DNA of 64,000 nt from Chiloscyllium plagiosum (lineage: Eukaryota), in the NCBI RefSeq assembly GCF_004010195.1, contig NC_057719.1, forward strand, positions 93,823,076-93,887,075, read 5' to 3'. Each line of letters begins with the position of its first letter. Within the stretch, counting starts at the first letter, position 1. Of the stretch, positions 51,245 through 64,000 are shown piece by piece. The notes under the pieces were generated by a model. That model was not told where the DNA came from and ran no database searches. It worked only from the letters and a program-made list of their open reading frames with translations. The position numbers were made by a program, and so were the translations under genes.

Positions 51245-53348
51245 ACCATTTATTATCTTCTGCATTTTTCTTTTAAGCATCGCCCCGAAATTCGCTAGCA
51301 TCATTCCGGAGATTTCATCCATCTTGGTCTCACTCATCCCCTCATTATTTAGTCGATAAAGTTCCTCTGCCTGATTCTATTTTAGGGGCATCTGTTTCAT
51401 GAAGGCTGTCTCAATCAGTCTTTGGGTGAACCCTCGTATACAGGGTATGATACAACAGCCAATGGCCACCAATACCCCGACTACTACTATCAGGGAAGTA
51501 AAGATGGAAAACATCACCCACTTCCATTTTCCAAACCAGGATTCAAGCCATTCTGTGAGAGATGCGTCTACTCCTGAATTCTCAGCCAGTTCCTTAAGGC
51601 CCGAGTAATTGAACCATCAGGTGCAGTTTTATTAGGAATAAAGGTACAACAGCTTCCTCCGAACATCACACACACACACATTTTTTCCGCTAAAATCATA
51701 TCAAGGACCGTTCTGCTTTCCCATGCCATCCTACTTGTTGCATCAAGCTGTTCTGATTTCCTTTGACCGCATCTCTTGTATAATTTTTGAGTGCGAGCAG
51801 CAGCGGAGGTAAGACAAACCCGGAAGACTGCAGCTAAGGTAAGGCAGTGTACGTTGACAGGCCAATGAGGGGAGAGGCCATTCTAGACTTGGTGCTTGGA
51901 AACGAGCCGGGGCAGGTATCAGATCTTTTGGTGGGAGAGCATTTTGGTGATAGTGACCACAACTGCCTCAGATTCTACATAGCTATGGAGAAAGAGAGGA
52001 TTAGGCAAAATGGGAGGATATTTAATTGGGGAAGAGGAAAGTATGATGCGATTGGACATGAGTTGGGAAGCATGGATTGGGAGCAATTGTTCCATGGTAA
52101 AGGCACTATAGACATGTGGAGACTGTTTAAGGAACAGTTGTTGCGAGTGATGAATAAATATGTCCCTCTGGACGTGCATATAGTCACAGAAGGGTGCATA
52201 CATGAGGGTCAGTGTTCGTCACAACATCGTGGGCTGAAGGGGCTGTTCTGTGCTGTACTGTTCTATGTTCTATGTTCTAATTTATAAATCGCTGTTGATT
52301 ATAGAAAAGGTAATTTATCCAATCTACATTTTATTAATTGTTACCCACCAAAAGAGAGCTGACTCAAAGCCTGCTGCAATCTGGTTACGAGCCTTGAACT
52401 CATCAGGTACCCCCCTAGGGACACCTATAGAATCGAAATAAATCTTGTCGTCGAAAGAAGTGTCTAACAGTAATCCCTTACCCCTCCCCTTTTTACCTAC
52501 TATCCATTTCTGCTCAAATGCCAGGGTAAATGGAATTGCCAATTGTATAATTGCACATATCCCTCTCCAATCCGGAGGTAGCATGGGTCTCAATATTTTG
52601 CCTCCACAGTACCACCACAGATGCGCTCGGGGAAACTTTAGTGCTGAGTAGTTCCCTCCCTTGTCCGTTTCGGTGACATTCTTAATCTCTGTACATAATT
52701 TCAGCTCCCCCAAATCTCTAGACTGACTTGTACCTCGTCTACGCACATACGACATGAGATTTCCAACTGCGGCAGAAAATGTGGGGGGGGGGGGGACTTT
52801 TGCATCTTTCTTCTCCAAGGGAGGGAACATCAGAGGTAGGGAGTTACAATTCGTATCATTCCATGCAGTTTCATCCTGATACAGGGCTATCATACATTTC
52901 ATGCCCTTCCTGTCTCGCTTCCACCCGAGTGGAAAGGGAACCACCTGGGCCACTGGCCTACCGGAGGCACATGCATAGCAATTGCTTCTTGCCATGTGGT
53001 TTTCTTTATCATTAGGTATATTGGGTTACACTCTTTATATAGACAATCGAGGGCTTGTCGGAAGGGGGCCCGATATACTGTGACGAGGCCATTATACCAA
53101 GTACCATCTCCAAGGCCATCCCCTTAGGACTTAAGATGTATCTCTGAGCTGCGGTACTGTCTCTGATTATCTACATCCCCACAATTTCCTAAGCTGCATG
53201 CATCAGTGTCTATTACTTGTGGATTATCAAACTCAGGAACCGTTAATAACACATATGAAAATGATATTTGACAAAATCCCAATACTAAAAGGGCTAGCAT
53301 CATAACTCTAAGCATTCCCAGTATTCTAAACATCATGCTGAAGCACAA
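51245..53348 (-). pseudogene. env: Provirus C env (disrupted, SU deletion, CR1 insertion)
   Basis: Signal peptide in ORF 53124-53348; SNCYAC; GVPRGVPDEFKARNQIAAGFES; LDMILAEK; GGSCCTFIPNKTAPDGS. Confidence 0.92.
51787..52278 (+). mobile_element. Internally deleted CR1 derivative inserted in env
   Basis: GC-rich 5' segment, ORF2 piece YVDRPMRGEAILDLVLGNEPGQV, CR1 tail with (TTCTATG)n; TAATTT on both sides. Confidence 0.85.
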
Positions 53349-53414
53349 AAAGACTTAATATACAATCTTACAGAAATAATCCCGCGCTCGCGTCGCCACT
53401 GTATAATCAGTTAC

Positions 53415-56400
53415 TCAAAGTCTCTTTAGTATGAGTTTCAGCGGGTCATGTGTTGATTCGGCTGTACAGACTTCTTCCTCAACTGGAGATTCCACTTTGA
53501 TCCGAGTGTAGTGAATCCAGCCTTTCTCCGCTGTCCTTATTCGGTTAAAGGAGCCTGGTACAGCCCTTCCCAGTCCGGCTGCAATTTAGTCTCTATCCAT
53601 GATTTTACTAAGACCCAATCGCCCGGCCGGATGGGATGAATGGTGAATTCAAGGGGTGGAGTCTGTGCCAATAAACCCTGTTTCCTGAGGAAAGACAAAG
53701 ACGAGGACAATCCCAGTATCAACTTCTTTAAGAACAAATCTTTAGTTTCGGGAATTGGCAATTCTCCATTCGTTCCTAGATAAGGTAATCCAAATAAGAT
53801 TTCATAGGGGGATAGTCCCAAATCTTTCCTTGGGGCTGTTCGTACTCGGAAGTGAGCTGTAGGTAAACATTTGGTCCAAGGGAGTCTGATTTCTATTAAC
53901 AATTTAGAGAGCTGTCGTTTGAGTGTTTGGTTCATTCTCATAACCCTTCCTGATAATGGCGGGTGCCATTTGTATGGAACTCCCAGGAAATTCCCAACCC
54001 TTTCATTACCCCCTGCAACACTTTAGAGGTAAAATGAGTTCCTTGGTCGGAATCTATACGGTCCACCAGCCCATATCGGGGAATTATGTGCTCCAAAATT
54101 GTTTTAGACACCCCACTTGCAGTGGCAGTAGCTAGGGGGTATGCCTCAACACAACCAGATAAATGATCTACTATGACCAGCATATAGTTTAGTCTTCCTA
54201 CTCTGGGTAGTTCAGTATAATCAGACTTGTATAGTCTGGAAGGGTCTCAATCCCGGGTCTCTTCCTCCCAGGGTCTGTTTTCTCAAGACTTTCTTATTTA
54301 CCTTTCTGCATATTATACATGCCTCCCATATTTGTTTAGCAATTGTATATATTCCTTTACATCCATGTTCCCTAAGAACTAAATCACACATTGCTTGTAC
54401 TCCCCAATGACTGCCTTGGTGTAGGACAGCCATAATCTCTCGCATCATCATTTTGTTTAATGTTTCCCTTCCATCGGGTAACATCCAATGCCTGTATGCT
54501 GTTTTGCTGTCCCTAAATCGTTCAATTCTTTTTCTTCGCTTTCAGTAAATATAGGAGCTTCCCGAGGATCTGGGACAGTAGGTATTAGGGAATGAATCAC
54601 CACTTCTTGTGGGTTCAGGGCTGCTTCCTGAGCCACTTCATCAGCTATTTCCCCTAACCTCTGGTTCATTTCCTTTCTGATGACCATTTACATGCACTAC
54701 TGCTATTTTTCGGGGGAGTAATATCGACTCCAAGATCCGTTTAATCAATTCATCATGTACTAATTCCTTCCCCCGGCTATTGATCAGTCCTCTTCCCTGC
54801 CATATCCTTCCGAAAACGTGCACAACACCAAATGCATATTTAGAGTCACGGTATACTGTTCCTTCTTTATTTTCTAATGCCCTAAGGACTCTTTCCAATA
54901 CATAGAATTCGCAAGTCTGAGCTGACCACCCATTTGGCAACCTTCCTGCCTCCACCACACTACCGCTTGTCCCGCGTACGACTGCATACTCATTATATCT
55001 TTTCCCTTCAGTCACCCGGGATGATCCGTCTATAAAAAGTCAGGTTCCTGCATGAAGTGGAATATCTCTCAGGTCCATGCAGACCTTAGTTTGGTATTCT
55101 ATAATGTCAAGGCAGTCGTGCCCTGGATTCTGAGGAGGGTCACCTTCCCCTTTCCAAAGAAAGGCAGCTGGATTTAAACAATTGTCCGTTACAAATACTA
55201 GATCATCCTTTTCTATTAATATTGCTTCATATTTCAAAATCTGCGACTCTGTCAACCATCGCCTAGCATTTTGGTTTCGGATCGTTTTCACTTGGTGTGG
55301 GGTGCTTACTATTAGGGCTCCCCCAAATGGAAGCTTTCTGCTTTCCTCCACCAACAGTGCAGAGGCAGTCACAGCTTGCACCCACTCGGGCCACCCCCGG
55401 GATACTGGATCCAATAGCTTCAAAAGATATACTACTGGCTGTTTCATTCTTCCCCACCTCTGGGTTAATACTCCAACAGCCACTCCCTTATCTACGGTAA
55501 CAAAGAGGTGGAAAGGCTTATCTAGGGAAAGTAAGGCTAACACGGGGGCATAGATCAGATCTCTTTTGAGTTCCTCAACTAGTTCTTTTTCCTCATCATC
55601 CCAACTTAGTCATTTTGGTTCCTCCTCTAATAGTTTGAGATTTCTTTTAGTCTTTTGAGCATAGGAATCAATTCACAATCTGCAATATTCCATTAGATCC
55701 AAACATTTACGTAACTCCTGTTTAGTCCTGGGCAGCGGCATCCCCACTATTCCCTCTATCCGTTCCGGGCTTATCTTTCGCTTTCCCTCACTAACTAAAT
55801 GTCCCAAGTATTTCACTTCTTGCTCCACATATTGTAATTTTAGATACTCGCTGTCCTTGCTGGCCCAGGAAATTCAATAATTTGTTTGTGGCTTCTACTA
55901 CTCTTTCTCTTCTTTTTCCTGTTACTAAGAGGTTGTCTACATACTGCAACAGGGTAGTACCCTTGGGGCTGCTACATTTCTCCAATATTTGTTCTAACAT
56001 CTGTCCAAATAAATTCAGGGATTTTGTAAACCCCTGGGGGAGCACAGTCCACTGGTAATGCTGTTTCCGTCCTGTCTTGGGATCTTCCCATTCAAAGGCG
56101 AACAAATTCCTATTTTCCTCCGCCAAGGGACAAGCCCAAAAAGCATCCTTTAAATCTATCACACTAAACCATTTGTGGTCATGAGGGATCTTTCTTAATA
56201 ACATGTCGGGATTTAGCTTCACTGGGTGCCTGATCTGTACTATTCGATTCAATGTTCTCAAATCCTGCACCAATCGATAAGTTCCATCGGATTTCCGCAC
56301 TGGTAGAATTGGGGTATTATAAGGAGACATACATGGCTCCAACAGTCCATCTCTAATCAGTCCCTCAAATACTGTCTGCAGTCCTCGTTTACCTTCTATG

Positions 56401-56901
56401 GAAATGGGATATTGTCGCTCACAGACAACGTCCCCTTTCCTTTTTAAACTTATTTCTAGGGGAGGGATCTGTCGTCTTCCACGATTCCTTTCTCTAGCCC
56501 ATACAATAGGATCTATCTCTCTCTCCACATCCTATTTCGACATTGCCAGTTGTACAACTAATTCTTTTTCCTGAATTCCAATTTCCAGTCCGAAGAGGAT
56601 AATAAGTCTTTCCCTAGTAAGTTACTTCCTATATCAGGGATATACAACAGTTCCCCTGTGACTCTATCCTTAGGACCTTCTATCATCATAGGTTCAAATA
56701 CTGGAACAGTAAATCCTTCCCCTTTTACCCACGAAACAGTAATTGACCGTATCGACATATCTACTTTCTTTGGATTAAAATTCAGTGATGACCGTGCTGC
56801 CTCCGTATCTACTAGGAAGACTATCTCTTCCCTACAGGTCCCACCTTCAAGTTTATCAAGAGTTCCTGGTGGGTCCCCGGGGGCAGGAACCCCTGACACG
56901 A
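53415..56901 (-). pseudogene. pol: Provirus C pro-pol (PR, RT, RNase H, integrase; frameshifted)
   Basis: FLVDTEAARSSL; LVQDLRTLN, WTVLPQGF, QYVDNLL; DSKYAFGVVH; HQGSHWG..CIIC; IDSDQGTHF. Confidence 0.95.
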
Positions 56902-58541
56902 CTATTCTTCATCAAAATTCATAAGCGGAATTGCCCTTTCTTCCCTTTGTAGATCAGGACACTCCCGCTTAAAATGCCCTATCTTTCCGCAATAATAGCA
57001 TCCTGCCTGTGGAGACCTCCATCTCTGCCCCTGTCGCTCGAACCCGCTATTAAATGCTCCCCTTTGTCCTCTCCCTCTCCCTCTCTGTCCTACATGCTGC
57101 CACCCGCCGCACCGGTTGCTCATTATTGGTTCCATTCCTTTCTTAACTACCTCATTAACCGTAGCTACCATCATTTTGACCTTCTGTTTTTATCTCTCAT
57201 CCTCTCTCTTTACAACCACTTTCTGTCCCTCTCTTAACAATTCATCTAATGGGTTTCCGCTCCACCCTTCTATCTTCTGTATCTTTCTCTGTATGTCTGG
57301 CCATGCCTTTGTCACAAAATGTACTTTCAAAAGACCCTGTGCCACTGGGTCCTCAGTGTTCATTCCAGAGTATTTCCACATTGAGTCTCTTAATCGTTGC
57401 AAGAAAGCTGAGGGAGTCTCATCTTTCTCCTGTCTAGCTTCAAAGGCTTTAGTCAAATTCTGAGACTTCGGAACTGCCTCTCTTATTCCTTTTAGAAATA
57501 GGTCTTTCAATTCCCTCATTTCATCTCTATGCTCCGGGTTTTGATTTTCCCACTGGAAACTTCGTCTTTCCCACTGGTCTCTGAGAGGAAACTTCATCTC
57601 TCCCTGTCCAACATTCCTCATCTCCAATGGAGTGTTCCCTGTCCCATATTTTAATGGCTGCTCCTCGTATAAGTCCCCTTTCTTCCCCAGTAAATCGTAT
57701 ATTCAAAATTGACATTAACGCAGCCCACATATACAGACTGGGCCCCCAAAACTGATCAATTTGGTCAGACAACCCTACCGGATCCTCAACCAGAACCTTC
57801 ATCTCCTTTTTAAATGTTCTGACCTCCCCACTGGTGAGGGGAGCACTTACAAACCCAATGTCTTTGTCCCCTATTGGTACCTCCCGAAGGAGATAAGTCT
57901 GTACGTTCTTCTCTTTTTTTTCCCTGTTGTTGTTTTTCCCACTTAAGATTAGGTTTAGATCCTCGGGAAGCTTCCTCTACGTCTACTTTATCTTTCCTTT
58001 CTTTTGTTGAGGATTGAGGGAACAACAACATTCCCGTCCAGCGCCCCTTCGCTCTCCTCTTGTGAGTCATCCGTTCCCTGTCCCTGTCTGTCTGTCTCTC
58101 CTCCTCCCCCATTTTCACCTAACCTGATTTTATGGTACGGGGAGGAGGGGGCAAGCAGCCAAGAGGATCCCTGGGACGGAGTGGGGCAGAGGGGGAAGCC
58201 CTTGTCTTTACTACCGTCATTCCCAAACTACCCTTCCAACAGGATGCATAGTCCGCCTTCTCTTGACTAAAAGGTTGTTTTTTTATTCACATACAAATGT
58301 AAATACTGACATACCCAATCTTAGTCCGAACCATACTTGGCCAGAAGACAGCCGGACGAAAGATTGGTTATTTGGTCCATACTAAATAACAATATTGAAT
58401 CATTTTCTTTTTATGTTTTGCCCTTGTACAAGTATTGCTTGTCCATTCCCGCAACATCCTACCCAACGGACTTTCAGGAGGAATGTTACCAGGGGTTTTT
58501 TCTTCTTTTACTCCGTGACAGTTACTCTGCCTACCCCCCAT
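56902..58541 (-). pseudogene. gag: Provirus C gag
   Basis: MGGRQS myristoylation-type start, ARQEKDETPSAFLQRL, intact knuckle CYYCGKIGHFKREC, ends LMNFDEE-TAG. Confidence 0.92.
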
Positions 58542-59599
58542 TTCTCAGGGCCCTCGCCAGTCCCTCAGCGAGTAAATACCTCGTTTCCCGGCCACCAAGG
58601 CAATACTTAAAAGTCAGTTTTCTTACCTTGATCTGTGCACAGAGTTGCCTGGTCCCTTTTCGTCGTATTTTCTCTCGACCTCCTTTCACTGTCATATTCA
58701 GATATCTCTCTTGTGGGATTGTACCCCAGTCGCCCAAGGGAGCGGACCAAACTGGGACACGAGACCGCTCCTCAATTGGGAACGGGACACGTCTTCCCAG
58801 TGTCCAGGACCCGCCACTCCCCCCGGCGGTGGAAGAACATCCTGGACAGCCCCCAATTGTGAGAAACAAAGCTCACTCAGTTCTATAATTTCAGTCCGAG
58901 ACAAGATCTGAATCAGTCATGTCAATTATTTCACTCTTGCAAGAGAGTGTGATGTCCGCTGTCTACAAGGCAGGGACACACACATTGAATTCAACTAATA
59001 TAAAATATTTATGTAAGTTGGTTCCTTTTTTATCCCATTGCTCCTCCCCGTTTACATCTTCCACTTCTCTAAGACCGGCACCTATTACTCCTACTTATCT
59101 GTTGCCTTATCCGGCCTTGTCTGTGACAAAATGCTTATTCTGGCCTCACAAGGCCATTTGACCACATCCCGCTGTGGGCCATTGTTAGGTATATCCTATC
59201 GTCACCATTATCTACTCCATCCATCTGTGCTTTCCCCAACCATACTGATCCTTATGACCTTCTAATTGGGGTTTGTTCCTGTGTTTCTGTAAAAGTGGGA
59301 AACAGATGCTTATAACTACTGCTTGTGCAAGCATACCTGGCTTAATCTACATTCTCACAGCACCTTATCTATTTGTCTGTAACACCTACCATTGTTTTGC
59401 AGTCACGTTTCATTCTTGCATACAATTTTAGCTAATACAAAAACAATTATGTATTTCCTCCACATAGTTTGCATTCTTGTTGACTCAGCTCTTAGTTGAA
59501 AGAATTATACACTGGTGTGAGTTCATTTACCTTGCATAAGTAATTATAATTGCAGAAGTAACACTACTTTACCTATATCCCACAGAAACACATTTTATA

Positions 59600-62500
59600 A
59601 AAGAGAATTTGTTTTTGAGCCTGTTGGATTTTATTTGTTGGTGTGGATATAAATGGAAGAATAGATAAGGGTTTATGGGTGGGGGAGGGAGGGTGTTGGT
59701 ACGGAGGATATGGTTTATTTGAATTTTCAGAAGCCTTTGTGCAAGTTTCAATAAGAGCTAAAAAAATAACTTGGTAGAGATTAGGGCCGCTTAAAGATCA
59801 ATCAGGTCACCAATGCGTGGAACCAGGGGAGATGGGTGAGTTCTTAACAAAAAATGTCTTTCCAGTATTTACTCTGTAGAAAGACACGGAAGCTCGGGAA
59901 CTTTGGGAAATAAATCGCGATGTCTTGGAAAGAATATTGTGGGAAGCTAGGGAAGGGATTGCAGTGTCCCTAACAGAGATATTTACATTATCAGCAGACA
60001 CAGTGAGGTGTCGGAAGACTGGAGGGCGGCTAATGCTGTTCCATCACTTAAGGGCTGCAGAGAACAGCCAGAAAATTACAGCCCCGTGAGCGCAGGGATG
60101 GGGAAGTTGTTGGAGGAGATTCTGAGAGAAAGGAGTTACGTATATTTGGAAAGGCAAGGGCTGATTAGAGATAGTCAGCATGGATTTGTGAGTGGAAAAC
60201 GTGTTTCACTAACCGGATTACTCTTCGAAGAGGTGGCCAATAGATAGATGAAGGCAGAACAGTCAATGTTGTCTGCATGGTTTTCAGCAACACATTTGAC
60301 AAGGTTCTAAGGGATGTAGAAAATCTAGTCAAGAGGAAGAACAACGCTTACATAAGGTTGAGGATGCAAGGATCGTTAGATCACTATAGGATTATATGGG
60401 GGTGGCACGATGGCTCAGTGGTTAGCACCCATGCCTTATAGCACCCGGGACCTGATTTCGATTCAAGTTTTCACGTTCTCCCCAGGTCTGCGTGGGGTTC
60501 CTCCTACTGCTCCAGTTTCCACCCAACGTCCAAAGATGTGCAGCTTAGATGAATCAGCCATGGTAAATTACCCATAGTGTTCAGGGATGTACTGGATTGA
60601 CACGTTAGTCAGGGTAAATGGAGAGTAATAGGGTGGAGGAATGGATTTGGGCGGGATGTTCTTCAGATGGTCCGTATGGAGTTGTTGGGCCAAATGGCCT
60701 GTTTCCACACTCTGGGGACCCACTGAAGGCAGCCAGAAAGGAACTGAAGAATGGACTTAGACAGCTAGAATGGGATATGAAAAAGCTTTGTTGGAAGGAT
60801 TAAGGAAAACCCTAAGGAATTCTCCACTTATGTGAGGAACAAGAGGATGGTCAGAGTGAGGGTAGGGCCGGTCAGGGATAGTGGAGGGAACATGTGCCTG
60901 GAGTCACACGAGGTAGGGGAGGTCCTTAATGCATACTGTGCTTCAGTATTCACTACTGAGAGGGACCTTGTCATTTGTTAGGACAGCATGAAAAAGACTG
61001 ATATATGTGAACAGGTGGATGTTAAGAAGGAGGATGTGCTGAGAATTGATGAAACCATAAAGATAGATAAGTCCGTTGGACAAGACGGGATGTGACCATA
61101 GTTACGAAAGGAAGCGAGGGAAGGGATTGCTGCACCTTTGGTGATTACCTTTGCACCCTTACTGTCCACTGGAGTCGTGCCAGATGATTGGAGGGCGGCA
61201 AATGTTACTCCATTGTTCATGAAAGGGAATAGGGATAATACTGGAAATTACAGACCTCACATTCTTATGTCTGTTGTATGCAAATGTTTGGAGAGGACTC
61301 TGAGAAAGCGGATCTATGACTCCGTAGAAAACCATAGTTTGATTAGAGATAGTCAGCATGGCTTTGTAAGCGACAGGTCATCCCTCACAAATCTTATTGT
61401 ATCCTTCGAGAATGTGATAAAACACTTTTATGGCTCATTCAGAAAGTACAGAGGCATGGGATACAGGAAACCTCTCTGTCTGGATACAGAATTCCTGGCT
61501 CCTAGAAGACAGAAAGTTGTGATAGATGGGAAGCATTCAGCATGGAGCTCGGTGAACAGTGGTGTTCTGCAGGGATCGGTTGCAGGACCTCTGCTCTTTG
61601 TGATTATTTTTTAAACGACTTGGATGTGGTTGTGGAAGAATGGGTTAGTAATTTTGCCAATGACATGGAGGTTGGTGGAGTGGTGGATAGTGTGGAGGTC
61701 AGTTGTAGGTTGCAGCAGGATATTGACAGATGCTGAGCTGGGCTGAGAAGTGGCAGATGGAGTTCAATCTGGAAAAGTGTCAGATCAATCTGAAAAATGA
61801 TTCAATTTGGAAGTTCGAACTTGAATGCAGAATACAAGGTTAAAAGCAGAATACTTGGTAGTGTTGTGGAACAGAGGGATCTTGGGTTCCACGTCCATTG
61901 ATCCCTCAAAGTTGCCATAGAAGCTGATAGGGTTGTTATAAAGGAATATGTTGTGCTGGCTTTCAATTGCAGAGTATTAAGTTTTAAAGCAATGAAGTTA
62001 TTCCGCAGTTGTTTAGAGCCCGGGTTAGACCCCACTTGGGGTATTGTGTTCAGTTCTGGTCCCCTCATTACAGGAAGGCAGTGGAAGCTAAGGGAGGGTA
62101 AATTGGAGGTTTACCAATTTACCCTCCCAATTTACCAAGTTTCATGTTGCAGTTGTATAAGACTCCGGTGCGGCCACATCTGGAGTATTGTGTGCAGTTT
62201 TGGTCGCCATACTACAGGAAGGATGTGGAGGCACTGGAACGGGTGCAGAGGAGGTTTACCAGGATGTTGCCTGGTATGGTAGAAAGATCGTATGAGGAAA
62301 GGCTGAGGCACTTGGGGTTGTTTTCATTGGAGAAAAGAAGGTTAAGGGGTGACTTGATAGAGGTGTATAAGATGATTAGGGGTTTAGATAGGGTCGACAG
62401 TGAGAATCTTTTTCCACGTATGGAGTCAGCTATTACAAGGGGGCATAGCTTTAAATTAAGGGGGTTTAGGTATAGGACAGATGTTAGGGGTAGGTTCTTA

Positions 62501-63760
62501 ACTCAGCGAGTCGTGAGTTCATGGAATGCCCTGCCAGTAGCAGTGGTGGACTCTCCCTCGTTATGGGCATTTAAGCAGGCATTGGATAGGCATATGGAGG
62601 ATAGTGGGCTAGTGTAGGTTAGGTGGGCTTGGATCGGCGCAACATCGAGGGCCGAAGGGCCTGTACTGCGCTGTATTCTTCTATGTTCTATGTTCTATGT
62701 TCTATGTTCTACCAGAATGCTGCCTGTGCTGGAGGGTATGTCTTATGAAGAAAGGTTGAGGGAGGTTCGGCTTTTCTCATTGGAGTGAACAAGGGTGAGG
62801 GGCGACTTGGTAGAGGTGAACAAGCTGATGTGAGACACAGAGAGAGTGAATAGTGAGCGACTTCTTTATATCATGGCATACATGGCTATTCTGAGCGGGC
62901 ATTATCTTAAGGTGATTGATGGGTGGTTAAGGAGAGATTTCATATGCAGGTTCTTAACACAAAGTGTGTGTGTGGGGTGTGGGATGCACTGCCAGCAGTG
63001 GTAGGAGAGTCAGATACATTAGGGACATTTAGTACACTCGTGGATAGACACATGGATGGCAGTAAAATGAAGGTCATGTAGGTTAGTTTGACCTTACAGT
63101 CGGATAAAAAGTTGGCATGGCATCATGGTCGAAGGGGCTTTTGCTGCACTGTTCTGTGTTCTACATTCCGTATGTTAAATTGGGTAGTAAGCTTAGATCA
63201 ATGTAAAGGCATATGGCATTCAGGAGGAGCTATTGAACTGGTTACAAAATTGGCTTGATGGTAGGAGACAGAGGGTGGTGGGAGACATGTTGTTTTTCTG
63301 ACTGGAGGCATGTGACCAGCATTGTAGTGAGACCACTTTTGTTTGTCATTTGGATAAATGGTTTGGATGGGAATATTGGTTTCCTGGAAAGTAAGTTTTT
63401 TTGGGTGACACTGAAATTGGTGGTAAAGTGGACAGTGAAGAAGGTTATCTATGATACAACAGGATGAACAGTACTGCTGGGATAGTGAGCTGAAGAATAG
63501 CAGATGGAGTTTAATTAGGTAAATGAAATGTTCCATGTTGGTGGAACAAACCAGTGTGGGACTTATACAGTTAATGTTCGGGCCCTGGGTAGTGTTGTCA
63601 GTCAGTGACCCAGGGATGCAGGTACACAGTTCTTTGAAAGTGGTGTCACAGGTAGACAGGCTGGTGAAGCAGGCGATTAGGGTGATTACCTTCATTGGGC
63701 AGAGCATTGAGAGTTAGAGTTTGGATGTCATGTTTTCTGAACAAGACATTGGTGAGGCCA
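59600..63760 (+). mobile_element. Nested stack of CR1 LINE ORF2 fragments of different ages
   Basis: DWRAANVTPLF, GNYRP, DSQHGFV, NFANDMEVGG, RPHLEYCVQFWSP; youngest 3' end ~62137-62709 with (TTCTATG)n tail. Confidence 0.9.
60398..60720 (+). mobile_element. HE1/V-SINE-type SINE inside CR1
   Basis: GGTGGCACGATGGCTCAGTGGTTAGCAC head, V core, GGGCCAAATGGCCTGTTTCC tail. Confidence 0.85.
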
Positions 63761-63764
63761 CCAT

Positions 63765-63976
63765 AAATTATTGTTGATCTGTCGGAAGAACTCATCAGGT
63801 TCACTTACCTCCTTTAGTGAAGGACATCTGAAGTTCTAACCTGTTCTGGCCTACATGTGACCCCAGACCCACAGCAATATAGCTGACTCTGATCTGCCCT
63901 CTGGCCAATTAGCGGTGGGGGCAAAGAATACTGGTCCAATCAGTGACCCCCACATCCCATGCATGAATAAATAAAA
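63765..63976 (+). mobile_element. 3' half of a second SINE family (possibly Meta-domain SINE)
   Basis: GGTTCACT..CCTTTAG.GAAGGA..CTGGCCTACATGTGAC core and CACATCCCATGCATGAATAAA tail; family assignment from memory only. Confidence 0.55.
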
Positions 63977-64000
63977 CTACATATGTCCCTCCCTATCTCT

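Larger units (their letters stand above)
50678..59584 (-). mobile_element. Defective class-I endogenous retrovirus, provirus C
   Basis: 5' LTR 58858-59584, 3' LTR 50678-51223 (R/U5 end missing), PPT at ~51227-51240, decayed Pro PBS TGGGGGCTGTCCAGGAT at 58839-58855. Confidence 0.95.

Noticed and set aside
52324..52995. Domesticated (syncytin-like) env gene
   Set aside because: Frameshifts, SU deletion, furin site changed to RGKG and a CR1 insertion; the other two envs are also disrupted
58337..58911. Retroviral accessory gene or antisense ORFs in the provirus C leader
   Set aside because: No recognisable domain, alternative start codons, and no counterpart in provirus A

Overview
Eukaryotic, repeat-dense, gene-free window from a cartilaginous fish genome, probably a shark. 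This is inferred from HE1/V-SINE-type SINEs with (AATCT)n tails and CR1 LINEs with (TTCTATG)n tails. I can support no host protein-coding exon; every recognisable ORF is a decayed retroelement fragment. Contents: (1) many CR1 LINE and SINE fragments. (2) Neptune-type Penelope elements and at least six fold-back derivatives, several with 14-17 bp TSDs and minimal hammerhead-ribozyme motifs. (3) A decayed Gmr1-type Gypsy element with integrase upstream of RT. (4) An AT-rich, degenerate, hierarchically duplicated non-coding array at about 19.9-50.7 kb. (5) Five class-I (gamma/epsilon-like) ERV insertions in or next to that array: two solo LTRs, one env+LTR remnant and two near-complete defective proviruses. 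The two proviruses have tRNA-Pro PBSs, related gag-pol genes and very different env genes. All calls were made by eye, with no database searches, so boundaries of old fragments are approximate.
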